Below, piece after piece: positions 25,456 to 38,487 of a stretch of 64,000 nucleotides of DNA; the first letter of the stretch is position 1; each line of letters begins with the position of its first letter. Position numbers and translations under genes: made by a program. This stretch comes from Tricharina praecox. Its lineage: Eukaryota. The notes beneath the pieces were generated by a model, which was not told the DNA's origin, made no database searches, and saw nothing but the letters and a program-made list of their open reading frames with translations. The stretch covers positions 310,001 through 374,000 of the forward strand of contig NW_026250429.1 in assembly GCF_024521635.1 (NCBI RefSeq). The letters run 5' to 3'.

Positions 25456-26988
25456 TCCTGGCCCCGCCCCACCCATCCTGACCATTCGAGTCTGAGCTAT
25501 GTCGAAGCTATACTGACAGCCCCACTATCCATCCCTCCATCCATCCATCCATCCATCAATATCCCATCCCATCCCTTCAAACTTCATTCAGAAGATCCTA
25601 AACAAAAAACCACCCGCGTTCTAGAGTATGTAAAGCCGAGTTAAGTTGTGTCCAGCAGCCAGCCAGAAGGCATCAAAAAAGTAAAAAAAATCGAACGAAA
25701 CTGAACAAAACTAAACGAAACCGAAAACAAAAGCGAAAACAAAAAGCAGATGAACCACCGACCGACCAGAAACACATGAACCCCCCCTCCCCCTCCTCCT
25801 CCTCCTCCGCCGCACATACCCAGGCGGGCCAGTCGCAAACACAGTCGCAAACATAACGGGAATGACGCCCAAGAGAAGAAAGAAAGAAAGAGAAGAAAAG
25901 AAAAGAACGTAAAACGATGGCGAACGATGATGATGACGAGGTTGAAAACTTTTGAATAACGTATGTGCTTGTGTGTGTGAACGATGATACTTTGTTGAAC
26001 AAAAACTGAAACTGAGACTGAGTTTCTCATCAGTACGAAGTAGCATACCGACACACCGACACATCCAACGCCATCAACCAAACCACCACCCCATATCCAT
26101 CTCCACCGACCGACAGACCCCTCCCCATTAAAGGAAAGATACATAAAACAGAAAACACCGTGTCGAAGAAAGAAAGAAAGAAAGAAAAAAAAGAAGATGG
26201 AACAAAGAATGAACAGAGGTAAAAGCACAGAAACAAAAAACACCCCAAACCCAGTTAACCCATCATGATCATGAACAAAAACGGCTACCAAACTTAATCA
26301 ACAATCTCCCAAGAACAGAAAGGAAAAAAATAGTAAAGAAAACCTCCGCAGAAAAGGGGAGGGGAAAAAAGCAGCGCACATTGCTGGTATAGGTCAGAAT
26401 TACAAGAAACGAAGAGCAAAACCCCGCCCTCTAGACATGAACAGTAAGAAGTACACCGTGGTAAACAAAGGAAAGCAGAAAGAAAAACCCCGCCTTTATA
26501 AGGTGACGGCAAATAACCGAGGCGCAACACAAAAAGGGAACTGAACAAGGCAAAAGCACGCATCGGCGCTGCCAATAGAGAACAAAACTCAAACTCGGCC
26601 TTACTGTTTTCCTTATCCAACGAAGGGGTTGGATACTCGCTGCCGTGTTTCTGCCGCATGTAGCCAATGCTTTTCCGATACCGAGAGCCCAAATTTCCCT
26701 ACCAAATGACAAAACCTAAAAAATGGATCAGAAGAAAAAGAAAGAAACAAAGAAGTGTAGACAAGAAGAAAAGAAAAAAGAAGAGAAGAGAAGAGAAAGC
26801 AAAAAACGTCCGAATGAAAACCGAGAAACCGATCCGAAAGAAATGACGATGTCGCAAAAAATCCGGACTCGAAGGAAGTGAGGAACGATGCATCTCAAAC
26901 TTTTATGATGGCCAAATTTTATGGGATGTGCCGAGGAAAAAAATGCGCCGGGGGAAATCTTGGAACAGTAACAGCAATCCTGTATTAC

Positions 26989-28377
26989 TCAGGCCGTGAT
27001 GGGTTGGCCGTAATTAGCGTTGGCAAAGAAATTTTCGGTAGTCTGCTGTCGGCACTGGAAGCAGCCGGCAGCAGTGTGGCCGTGGTGGCTGTGCCACGCG
27101 TGAGGGTGATAGTTCGCGATCGGCGGAAGCCTCGAGAAGGTGGGGGCAGGCTGTGGGGGGTTTCCGTACGGGACCGCCGCCCATCCAAAGTGGTGGTTCT
27201 CCGGTGTGGTGGGTCCGGTCTCGGGAGCTGAAGGGGGTGAGTAGTCGGCCGGGTTCCAACCCCAGTATCCATCGGAGGGCTGTGTGGGCCGCACCGGAGG
27301 CAGGTGGATCGACCGGTCGGTCATGATGGTCGAGTGCGGAGGTGTGTACATCGACTGCTGCTGCTGTTGCTGCTGAACAGGGTAGGGCTGGACCGGTGAG
27401 AAGGTGCTGTGCGACCGAGCCCGGATGTTCGTATCGATGGGGGCAAGGGCGAGGGCCGGCGCAGCGGCAACAGCCTTCCTTTTGACCCAAGCCTCCCACG
27501 TGTTCTTGTACTGGCTGAATCCCTTGGTGCCTTCAGGGTCGATGTGGAGGTTCCACCGCATCTCCTTCAGCCACTCCTTCTCCAACGCGTTGAGCTCCTG
27601 CACGGGAATGTTGGTGACTTCGGACCATGATTTATTCTGGAAAGTATTATCGTCCAAGAATTTTGAGGCGAGAAGCAGCGAGATCGTCAAGAGACGATAC
27701 ACGTTGTTGTCCTGTCGGGTCATCCCGGGCATCTGTGGCTGTGCCATCCGCTCTCGCAGATAGCAGAGACCGAGGAGAATGGTGGAGCTCGGCAGCCTGG
27801 TTGACGACAGGATCTGGTAGACAAACTTCCTGTAACTTGGCAGCAGCTTGTCGTGAGTCATCTGGCCGAGGACCAGTCTCTGCGCCATGGTGCCGACGAA
27901 ATCCGTCATCTCCTCCATGTCGTAGTCGAGGTGAGCCGAAACACCACCGGTCGGCTTCTCCTCCGCTTGCTGAGCCTGCTGCTGCTCCTGCAGTCGTCGC
28001 GCCTCCTGGCGCGCGTGGAGTTCGGCTGCGTAGCTCTTGCCGCCCGGTATCGTCGCTTCGATGCGTTGCTGGGGGGCGTAGTACTGGCTACCCGGGTGAG
28101 TGATCCCGGGAGGCGGAAGACCAGCGTAACCGGACTGCTGCTGCTGCTGCTGTTGAGGGTGGTGGTATCCTGCCTGGGGAACCCGCACGAACGAAGGCAT
28201 GATCTTGCGCCCGTATGCGTCGACATTGATCTCGTAGAGTCCCTTTTCAGGCACCGGAAGACCATGGGCTCCAACGGGGTACTGGTGCTGGATCTGCATC
28301 CCACATCCCGCATACTGCTGCAAGTATTCTGGGGGGGTCAGGGGGTGGCCGGGGTGGGGAGGATACATGCACGGCAT
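26989..28377 (-). CDS. CLG1: Pho85-type cyclin-like protein (Clg1/Mug80 family); probable start MPCMYPP at 28377
   Basis: Cyclin_N box preceded by GGVSAHLDYDMEEMTDFV, with YRKFVYQILSSTRLPSSTILLGLCYL, LLASKFLDDNTFQNKSWSEVTNIPVQELNALEKEWL and a C-terminal YSPPSAPETGPTTP. The ORF-track ATG at 28497 lies inside a predicted intron (28433-28529), so the start is moved to 28377. Confidence 0.88.
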   Translation of the reverse strand: MPCMYPPHPGHPLTPPEYLQQYAGCGMQIQHQYPVGAHGLPVPEKGLYEINVDAYGRKIMPSFVRVPQAGYHHPQQQQQQQSGYAGLPPPGITHPGSQYYAPQQRIEATIPGGKSYAAELHARQEARRLQEQQQAQQAEEKPTGGVSAHLDYDMEEMTDFVGTMAQRLVLGQMTHDKLLPSYRKFVYQILSSTRLPSSTILLGLCYLRERMAQPQMPGMTRQDNNVYRLLTISLLLASKFLDDNTFQNKSWSEVTNIPVQELNALEKEWLKEMRWNLHIDPEGTKGFSQYKNTWEAWVKRKAVAAAPALALAPIDTNIRARSHSTFSPVQPYPVQQQQQQQSMYTPPHSTIMTDRSIHLPPVRPTQPSDGYWGWNPADYSPPSAPETGPTTPENHHFGWAAVPYGNPPQPAPTFSRLPPIANYHPHAWHSHHGHTAAGCFQCRQQTTENFFANANYGQPITA

Positions 28378-28432
28378 GTTGTCGGAGATGTCGGTTCTGG
28401 GGGATAAGATGACCGTGTGATATGACGCCACT

Positions 28433-28529
28433 CTACCAGTGAGAAGATCGACCTCATTAGCCATGGTATGCTCAAAGTTGGCCACAGAAGAAGCCATGAT
28501 CGAGAAGTTCCTCAGCTGACGGAACTCAC
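28433..28529 (-). other. Predicted 5'-UTR intron of the Clg1-type cyclin gene
   Basis: Canonical GTGAGT donor at 28529, GCTAAT branch site at ~28457-28462 and TAG acceptor at 28433. Confidence 0.7.
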
Positions 28530-31500
28530 CAACAGTCCTTTTCTACCCTCCGAAAAAGCGTTCTACGGCGAGCGTAGAAAGCGCTTCTTTAAAAGTCGCG
28601 GATTATCCTTTCGTTTATTGCCGACTGTCCATTCAACGATGTCGATTTACGAGGAGAGGGATAATCGGGAGGATGGATGGGAAAGGTTGCGACGATGGAG
28701 CGGAGGCGATCCGAGAGGAGTGGGAGGAGGAGAAGGAGTGGGAGGAGGAGTGGGAGGAGGAGTGTGATTTGTGGTGGGTGGAGGTGGTGGTTGAGGTTTG
28801 GTGTGAGGTGGTGTTTAGGTAAGGAACAATGAATTCGTTAAACGGGAGGAGACGTTGATTCGCGGGTGGATGTGTTCGAAGGATATCCGATCAGACCGGA
28901 AAGCGGAGAAAAATGCGTGAGTGTGAGTGAGAAAGAGAGCGCTAAAAAGAAGGGATTTTGCTTGTCGAAGCGGTGGGGTGCGATTTCGATGATGCTGTTG
29001 GGGGATGTGGGATTTTTTCTTCCCTGCGGCGTAATGTGTCGAGTTTCTAAATTAATAGGTCGACAACTCGTAGCTGCAGAAGGTGGATCGAAAGTTCCGA
29101 GAAGAACTTCTGAGTGATGTTTTTTTTTTCGTTAAACGGACTATTGAAAGCCAATTGCAACAGCGAGGGGGAGAAGATGTTGGTCGTAACGATGATTATC
29201 AAAACCAGCGAGCAGGCAGTAGGGGAGAGAGGGGAAGGGGGATAGGAGAGTAGGAAGATGAAGATCGAAGTGGGAGGGTTCGGTGGTGGAGGAGGTAGGA
29301 GGAGTGGTGGTGGTGGAGGAGGTGGTGGGTGGTGGTGGAGGAGGTGGTGGGTGGTGGGTGGAGGGAGAGGAGGAGGATGATGAGGGAGATGGTGGCGGCG
29401 GTGATGTAGGGGACGGACGGGGGTTGCGAAGAGAAGTCGTCCGTTGGGGTTGGGTCCGCGGACTGGGGGGGGGGGGCTGTGGGTTGGGTTGGGTTTTGTG
29501 GGAATTGGTTGGTCGGGACCAGGAAGAGGGAGGTACGTCAAGACAGGATATTGGATTCGAGTCTGAGAGGCTGATTTTCAGTCTCGGTCGGTCCTTCTCG
29601 TTTCTTCTTCTCGTCTTCTTCCACTTCTCGTCTCGAGTATTTGTTCCTTGCCAACTGACTACCACCACACAATTTCGCTGCCAGAGGCCGAACCGAACCG
29701 TTGAAGATCGGAAGTGCCGGTTACTGCTGCAGTCGCTGTTGGTGCTTTTTTTTCTGCTGCTGGGCTGGAAAGTTTCTACGTTTTTACTTTATATATTTAA
29801 TTTTGCGCGCGATGGTTCGGAGTGGTTCTCTTCTCGATTCCCAGGCGGTACGTGCTTCGATGTGCAAATGGAAATGAATATAAAAAAAGAAAGCGAAAGC
29901 GAAAAAGAAAACCCAACCCAGAGAACACGGAAGAGAGGAAATGCGGCTTTGGTTTGAGGAGCGGAGGTGTCTCTCTTGCACTCGACCCGGGAGACGAGTA
30001 GGCAGGGAGAACGGGCGAAATGGGAGGAGAGTGAGTGGGGGAGGAGGAGGCGAGGAAAGTGAGTGAGGGAAAAGAGATGACGGAGGGTCGAAAGAGGGAA
30101 AGGAAGGAGGACCCTGTTCGTCAGCGGGCGGCGGGTACGAAGCTGGTGGAGGGTGGGGGGGAGTCAACTGGGGGGAGGGGAAGGAGAACAAGGTGATGGG
30201 TGGTGGTGGATGGAAAGGGAAACGCTCGGTTCGGGGAGCAAAGAAAGCACCACGATGAGGACCAAAGGTAAGTGGGTAAAGATATACTTGGTTACATATC
30301 CCATCGACGAAGGCTCCGAAGCGCGAAGGCACGTTGACGACGAGCAGGCCCAGGCAAAGGGCAAATGACAGGCACCAACGCGAAGCCCCCGACGACCTCC
30401 GACGACCAAACGGTCAAGACAGCCAGACGCACAAGCCGTAGCAGGAGTAGCGGCAGGAGTGGCAGGAGCAGCAGCAGGAGCAACTCACCACCACTACCCA
30501 CCAACCCCAGCCCCAGCGACAACCAAGCAAGACGCACGCAGCACCACCGCAGGACCGCAGCACCACCACCTCCACCACCACCACCGCAGCACTCCCCCTC
30601 TCCAAGCCATCCTAATCCACACCGTGCCATACCAGACCAACCCAAGACGAGACGACTTTACTTTCGACTAGGGGGAGATGTGGGTGGTAATCATATGTAG
30701 TGGTGGTGGTGGGCGGGCGGAAACTGGTAGGGGTGGTGTGTATTTTGGTTGTGAGTGATCGATTGAACGTAAGGAGGGCAAAGCAGAGGTACCGGAAGCT
30801 TCGCTGAGGGCATTCGCCTCACCGCGAACGCGTAAGTCGAAAGCATACGGCAGGTAGCTCGAGGACGAAAGACTCAGGCCAGAGCCAGAGCCGAGCCAAA
30901 GCCAGAGCCAGAGTAAAGACAAAGCCAGAGATGGAGTCAGCGAGATGCATCGCGACAAGCCAGAGTGCTCGGTCGAATACGTGGCTTTTGATATTTCCAC
31001 GCCACAGAATGGAAGTATGAGGGCCGACAAAGTTACACACGGACAGTCGATAGCCACCACCACCATCATCATCATCACCATCACCGATAGATGGAAGGTA
31101 TCTAAACGACGCTTGTGAGTGAAAAGCGCGAAGAGAAAGAAAAAAAAAGGCAAAAGATCGAAGACCTTTACCTTCTGCGGAGCACCCTACTCGAGAGCAC
31201 TCTGCTATTCTAGTAAAGTAGAGTCCACCTCCCGAACTCGGTCCTCCGCTAACCCGCAGAAACAAATCCGAGAGAGTATTTTCCGACCACCCTGCGAGCT
31301 TTGCGTCTGTCTGTCTTCCTTAGCTGCCGTTGCTGTGCTGCTGACTGGCGCCTGTTAGTTGCGCTCGTCAACCTCCCACCCCCTCCCTCCCTCATCTTGT
31401 TTGGGTGACGGCTCTTGCATGCGATCCTAAAAAAAAAACTGTGACTCCTGTCACCCCCCCTCCCCTCTCCCCCTCCTTCGTCGAGAGCTGCCACCCATCA

Positions 31501-33424
31501 CCCTACCTACCGTCCACCCACCCACTCCAGATACGGATGTCTGGAACCTGGCCTGGCTGCTCTCATTTGTCCGAGCGTCTTGTCTGGAAGGATGGGTGGA
31601 TGGATAGATGGGTGGATGGGTGGATGGGGGTGGATGGGTGGATGGGGGGTGGATGGCACTGCAGGACCCGCGCCCGTGAATGGTGGAGCGAAATATGTAT
31701 TCATGGCGGCACAAAACAGAACGATGGCTGCCGGGAGCGAGCGAGAGGGGAAGCACTTGAAGCAGACACCCAAGACCGACCCCTTCGAGGCGGTGTGCGC
31801 TGCGAATGGGAGCGGCTGGGTCGGCGGCTTGCTTGCCTGCCTGCTGGGTTGCTTGCTTGCTTGCTTGGTTGCTTGCTTACTCCCCGAACGTCGAGCAATC
31901 ACATCGAGCCGTGCGACGAATACCGGTAGTGCGCGCCTTCCTCTTCTTCTTTGCTCTTCCTCTTCCGCTTCGGGATGTATGTAGAGCACTCTACCACTTC
32001 CCACTCATCGCCGTCATCACCAGAAAGCGTGCGGAAAACGTTTATTACCCTTCCTTCCATGTTTTTTCTTCTTTCTTTTCGGGTTTGCCATCGATCCATC
32101 TCTGCAGCGCGGATAGAGTAACCACGCGCTGTTCTGGTTGGCCGGTTGGCCGGTTGGCTGAGTGACCGACTGGACCATGGGTAGATGTGTAGGGAAGTGG
32201 AGTAGAACGGTGCAACATAGAGTGCTCTGTGATGCCCAGATCGCCGCCGCCGCCGCCCCACCACCTCTACTACCACCGCTATCACAACCACCACCAGCAG
32301 CAGCACCAACCATCACTACCACCATCGCCGCCACCACCACCACCGCTTTTCTTCCGCACCTCTTCCGTCACTCCGTTCACCCTCCTCCAGCGAAGCGAGC
32401 GAGCGAGCGAGCCAGCAAGGAAGATTTGGATTCGCTGATGATATTTTCCTGATGAAGAGAAAAATGCGGATTGATATCTAATCGAGGAGGAGAGAGCTAT
32501 CGGAGCTTTTGGAGACTGATTTTTTTCCACGCTCTAACCAACTACCTAGCCGAGAGTGGAGTAGCGTGCGTATGCGCAAAGGATGAAGAAAAAGGTGGAG
32601 GTGGTGGAGGTGGAGGTGGAGTGGAGTTGGAGGTGTGATGATGCTGCTGCTGCTGATGCTGATGCTGATGCTGATGCACCGCCCCTCCCTCCCCACCGCG
32701 CGCGCACGTCCACCACTAGGTAGAGCACCTACGTCCGCCTACCGCCGCACGCCCTGTCCTGTCCTGTCTTGTCCTGTCCGGTCCTGTGGACATCGGATGT
32801 GGCAAAGAAAGCATGAAGAAAAAAATGCGGACATCGATGGATGACTCGATCGAACCTGATTTCGAGGATACATACCGGCAACGCGGCCACTACGGACGAT
32901 GGACGACGAATGACGGACGACGAAGGACTCATGACTTGACTCGGACGTCTTGATCTGTTTATAGTGATCGGAGGAGCGACGGAGAACGCGTATGAACACA
33001 CTGCGCACAGCTTGCCTGTACTCTACGTGTGTATCGTAGGCCTTCACGCCCGGCGAGTTCCACGCACAAGTTTGTGGCTCCCCTCCCCCCATCCTCATCC
33101 ATCCCAATCCATTCGTGTGGCCGATAACCCGGACGGTATCTATCTATCGTGGCTTTCTGTGTGCTTCTTTAGGTGCTCTACATACTCTACAATTCTACTC
33201 TGCGCAGCTCTGGATCCCCACGAAAACGAATCCTATCCTAGCGGCTACTGCACACTAACCATGGCTTGGAGCGGAGTACCCAGGGAGACATACATATCAT
33301 ACATATCATACATCCATACATGAAGAAAATGCTCGCTCGCAGAGTCATGGAAAAAATGATCTCCGGGTGTCGGCGGTCACATCACATCAATCATCGTGCA
33401 TGGCAAGTAGGCAGGCCGGTATGT

Positions 33425-33455
<31 letters not shown>

Positions 33456-36400
33456 TAGGTAGGTAGGCAGGCAGGTAGGTAGGTAGGCAGGCAGGTAGGT
33501 AGGTAGGCAGGCAAGTTGCCATCCATCACGATTCACCACCACCACCACCACCATTAACACCACCCAGTACCACCCAGCACCACCACATATAGCCGAGGAA
33601 TGGAGCTGTGCCGGCGCGCGCGCAAGGAGAGGAAGGGAGGTCGAAAGAACGTGCCCTCTCCTCTCCGGCAGTGTCACCAGGTGCGGTCCCCATATGTACC
33701 CATAATATGGCGATAAATTACGCACATGAATCCATACATTACCATACATTACCAAACATAACCCCATTTTGCGGGGAAAGAAAGAACCGACGAGAAGGAA
33801 AGAAAGAGAGAGACACACGAAGCGGAAGTTGGAACAAGAGCGCGGTACTTGCGGGTTCAGAAGAATTCGGAAATATAAACAAATGTTGGATTATTAGATG
33901 GTAGCAGGTAGCAGGTTGAAGGGTCGGATCGAGGAAACAAAACAAAACAAAACAACATCTGCTATGTATTATAGCTATGCCCCCCCCCCCCCTCCCCACC
34001 ACCACCACCACCACCACCACCACCTCCCCACCTCACCCCCTTGCATTGCTCTATGCTCTATGCTCTAGATATGCTCTATGCTCTATTCTCTATGCTTGAC
34101 GCTCTATGCTTAAAGCTCCTTCGATCTTCCGGCCGCGCGATGTGATGTGATATGGTGATGGATGGATGGAGCACGGTGGAGTATCATGGATGGGTGGTAG
34201 ATGGGTGGTGGATGGGACAGGTGACTTCCGCGTCGTTCATTCTTCGCCCCCCCCCCCCTTCCCCTTCGAGGGGAAAACACTCAACTCAACTCAACTCAAC
34301 GTCCGGGACGAAAGTCGAGAACTTCCGATAGTCAGCCAGGCGGGGAAACTGACTTCTCGATGCCACTAGAGTACTACTGACTAGTACTCTACCTACTACT
34401 CCTGCACTTGGGTCGTCCATCACACACACACCCACACACACATATATCTACACACACACATACAGCATCGGCTCCGCGGCTGATGAGGAAATGCAGAGGA
34501 TATCTAGAAAGACAGAGAGAGAACATGGTGGAGAAAGAACATGGTGGTAGTGGTGGCGGGCGGGGGCTTCCGTTCCGCTCGCGCTCGTTTCCCCTTGCCC
34601 TGCTTCTGCTTCTGCTCCTGCTTCTGCTTCTGCTTCTGCTACTGCTTCTGCTGGTCAGCGCGCGCCCTGGCCAGAGGCCCTGAAAACACGCACCGCACCG
34701 CACCGCACCCACCGCGCTGCACCCCAGTGGGGTACGGTACCGGTAGTATGTATGCCAAACCTCCCACTCTAGATACTCTATCTAAAGTATCTTGTTCTTG
34801 TTCTTGTTCTCTCGTCGCCGTTTACTCTAGATCCCTGGACCTCCAGAACGCGGAAGGGAAGGAAAGGAAAGGAAAGGGCTCGAAATACTCCCCACTGCAC
34901 CACCCTCCACACTCCCACCCTACGGTACTCTACTCTACGACGTAGAGTTCCCCTCCCGTAACTACTTACTTACGACGCAGGAACGAACTGCTCCCTTTGT
35001 TTTAGCGTTCGTCACTCTACTCACTCCACACATCACCTACATACCCAAGGTAGAGTATGTAGAATATGTATTTGCAAACTGAGCATCCGCAGCACCAGCA
35101 GCAGCAGCCCCGCACCCGCACCCAAACCCGCCTGTGGTTTCTGGATTCAACGACGCCTACATGTACACGGAAAGTATATGTCATGTCGTGCTGGTGCTGG
35201 CCGGTGCTGGGCGGGTCGTGTGTGTCGTGGGTGTCGTGGGGAGGGGGGAGGGGGGAGGGGGTGGCGAAATACATATCGTACATATCATATCTAGAGTAGG
35301 TAGAGTATCTAGAGTAGATACATACTCGGATTTTGGATCGTCCTCCGCGGGCTCCGCGTACTCCGCGTAGATAGTTACTCGGCCTACGCGTAGAGGCGTG
35401 GAGGGAGGACGATGATAGTATGTAAGCCGTGGACTGGACTGGGACGGACACATACACACATACATACGGTACATACATATACAGGTACATACATATCTAC
35501 ATACTTCTTAGGACTGGAGGGGACAGATGTAAGAATGAGTAGGTATCTATGTAAAGATGTAGATATGAGATAGCCGCCGCGCGATTTTCTACGAGCTTGC
35601 GAGCGAGCGAACGAAAGAACGAACGATAGCCATGCCTGCGCTGCAGACCCCGGGAAAGTTCAAGCATGAACGAAGGGGCCTGCGATCGACTGGCTGGCTT
35701 GTTAGTGGTTGGTTGGTTACTTGGTTGGTTACTTGGTATGTACCAGCACCCGGGCGGCTGGCTGTAATCTGGTCGGATAGAGTATCTACTTGGTACATAG
35801 AAAATATATACGGTACCATCTACATAGGACCTGTCTTTGCTCCCGTGGCCCGCCTGGAGAAGATCAATAAAACAAAACAATAGACATATGTATACAGTAC
35901 GGACTGGAAGAGGACTGGAAGATGAGGCGCCGGGTGGGCCGCTGTGCTGTTAGAGTACTTGCTTGCTTAGGTACCGGTATGTATGTGGCTGTTGTTGTTA
36001 CAGTGGATTATGTACTCACGTGGCTGGGGTGTGGACGTGGTGGTGGTTGTGGTGATTGTAGTAGATGTAGTGGTGGTACTGCATGAGATATCACTCATTT
36101 TACAGAGTCGGTTTGCATAACTACATATATGCAGGCGACCGTCAAAAGACAGGTACACGCTTTCGGATTCCTGCGTATATGATCAATATGTGCATACGTG
36201 CGGACGATGACATGCACAGTTGCGCCGATTGGTCTCGCTCGCTCGTTCGCTCGTTCGCTGTGGGTTCGCTGCGGGTAGAGTACTCTGGGTACCTAGACTA
36301 GGTAGACGAGACGAGACGAAGAGCGAGCTCGACTCACGAGTTCGCGTAACTCGGTAGGCCTGAGTTTCTTTCGATTGCAGGCCAGTTGATATCGCAAGGG

Positions 36401-36969
36401 GAGACGTGTACTGTTCTCTCTCCAATGTTCATGTGCACTACATACGATACGGTCACATATAGTACTATATACATAGCAAGCCTCACAGCACAGCACAGCA
36501 CAGCCTCGAGCTTTGCGATTGCAGGACCAACACACTCACGCATATCCCATGTCCGGCGTCGGAGATGTGGTGCCTTATGAAATTATTAACCAAACGGTGC
36601 CTGCACGGGTGCTTTGACCGCTTTGCGGGTGATATGCTGTGAAGAAACTGGGGGGTGGTGTTACCCGGTTTTCAATCGCTCCAACGCGACTCCACACCGT
36701 GCACCTCATCAAGGGCAAGGCTTCGCGTCTCCCGGTGACGAACGAACGAACGAGCAGCACGCATCAACAACAACTACGACAAAAGCGACAAACGCCTGTA
36801 TACAGCACAACCACTACCACCGCAACCACCCCGCCACCACCGCAACCACCGCAACCACCGCCACATACAACGCGCCCAACCTAATAACTCGCAACGACAA
36901 CTGCGCCACCCTAGTAATCTCTCGGACCAAAAAGTAGGGTTATTATACCCACCCCAAAAGCCATCTGCA

Positions 36970-38487
36970 ATGCCTCGTCGAAAATCCCAAGGTACAGTTA
37001 ACCCCGATGCGCATCCCGCAATCTTGACATCACCCCTCCTCCCCGCCACCCCATGCGCACACACGAACAACGCAGACTAAAGAGTGATCTACCAACCGAC
37101 GCAAACAGCCGCCTCCGACGCCCCTCCTCCAGACTTTGCAGGTTCGCGCTCGCCGACCCCGGGCTCGACCATCGGCACCGGCGCATCCACTCCCGCCGCA
37201 GATGACACGCTTGCGTCGAACCCCCCGTCGCCGCCCTCCTACACCCCTGCGCCTGTTAAGCGCAAGCGTGGGCGTCCGTCGCGGGCCGCCATAGAGGAGC
37301 GCAATCGCCTCTCGACACCGCGCGGCGGTAGCAATGCCGATGGCGGGGACCTCGACGATACCGGCTCGGACGCGGGCAATCACCATCCGACGCCGTCGTA
37401 CAGCACTCGCGGGAAGCGGCGGGGGCGTCCGCCGGCGCCCGGGAAGGGGAGGATCAGTAGGGGCGGGCCGAGCCACTACACGCAGGTGCCGCTGGACAAG
37501 GATGGGAATGCGCAGAGCGTGTTTAACGACGAGATCGTGCTCGACGAGGACCCGCTGGGGCAGCAGAAGGTCGACGAGAACGGGTACCTCCAGGGCGGCC
37601 GCGAGTACCGCTGCAGGACCTTCACCATCACGGGTCGCGGCGACAGACTGTACATGTTGTCGACGGAGCCGGCGCGCTGCATCGGCTTCCGCGACTCCTA
37701 CCTCTTCTTCCAGAAGCACAAGCAGCTCTTCAAGATCATCACCGAGCCGAACGAGAAGTACGACCTGATCGGCCGGAACTTGATCCCGCACTCGTACAAG
37801 GGCCGCGCGATCGGCGTGGTCACCGCGCGCTCCGTGTTCCGCGAGTTCGGCGCGCGCATCATCGTCGGCGGCCAGCGGATCATCGACGACTTTTGGGAAA
37901 CGCGAGCGCGGGAGGAAGGCGCGATCGAGGGGGAGATCGCCGATCCGGAGGACAAGCTCCCCGGCCCGGGCGAGGAATACAACCGCAACCAGTACGTGGC
38001 GTGGCACGGCGCATCGAGCGTCTACCACACGGGCCAGCCCAGCGTTCCCACCCAGAGCGCTGCCCAGCAGCAGCAGAAACGAAAGAAGATCATCATCACA
38101 GATATCAACTGGATGGCGGCGCACGCGCAGGCCTCGCAAACGTTCAACCACACCCTTCGCGTCTTCCGCCACAATAATGTCCCCGAGTTTGGCGTCTACG
38201 AACCACACTCGAACCAGATGCACTTCCCGCGGGACACGCAGCCGACCCTGGTCCGCTGGGCGCGCGTCGTCGACACTAAGGTCACCCCCGACACTATCGT
38301 CGTCGACGAGGTGCTCGAGACCAGGCCGTGGGTCGGACACGGTCTCGGCGCTACTGTCGGTGAGCTCACGGACGGCTTCGGGGACTGGGATGACAGCTTC
38401 ATTGATGCGCTCGAGACGGAGGAGGAGAAGGAGGCCGTCAGAGCGCAGATGGCTATGGAGGTGAAGTGGGCGCAGGTCTGGGGTTGA
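36970..38487 (+). CDS. RSC7: Chromatin-remodelling complex subunit Rsc7/Npl6/Swp82; exons 36970-36991 and 37109-38487
   Basis: CRC-subunit domain GQQKVDENGYLQGGREYRCRTFTI...YMLSTEPARCIGFRDSYLFFQKH...IPHSYKGRAIGVVTARSVFREFGARII, plus AT-hook-like KRKRGRP motifs. First exon MPRRKSQ is followed by a GTACAG donor, ACTAA branch site and AACAG acceptor that splice in frame. Confidence 0.93.

Noticed and set aside
28973..28985. 13-nt match (GTGGGGTGCGATT) to the TIR core, in the cyclin leader
   Set aside because: No extension, no TA boundary and no partner end; probably chance.
37030..38340. 436-aa ORF antisense to RSC7
   Set aside because: Same shadow-ORF effect from a GC-rich coding strand.
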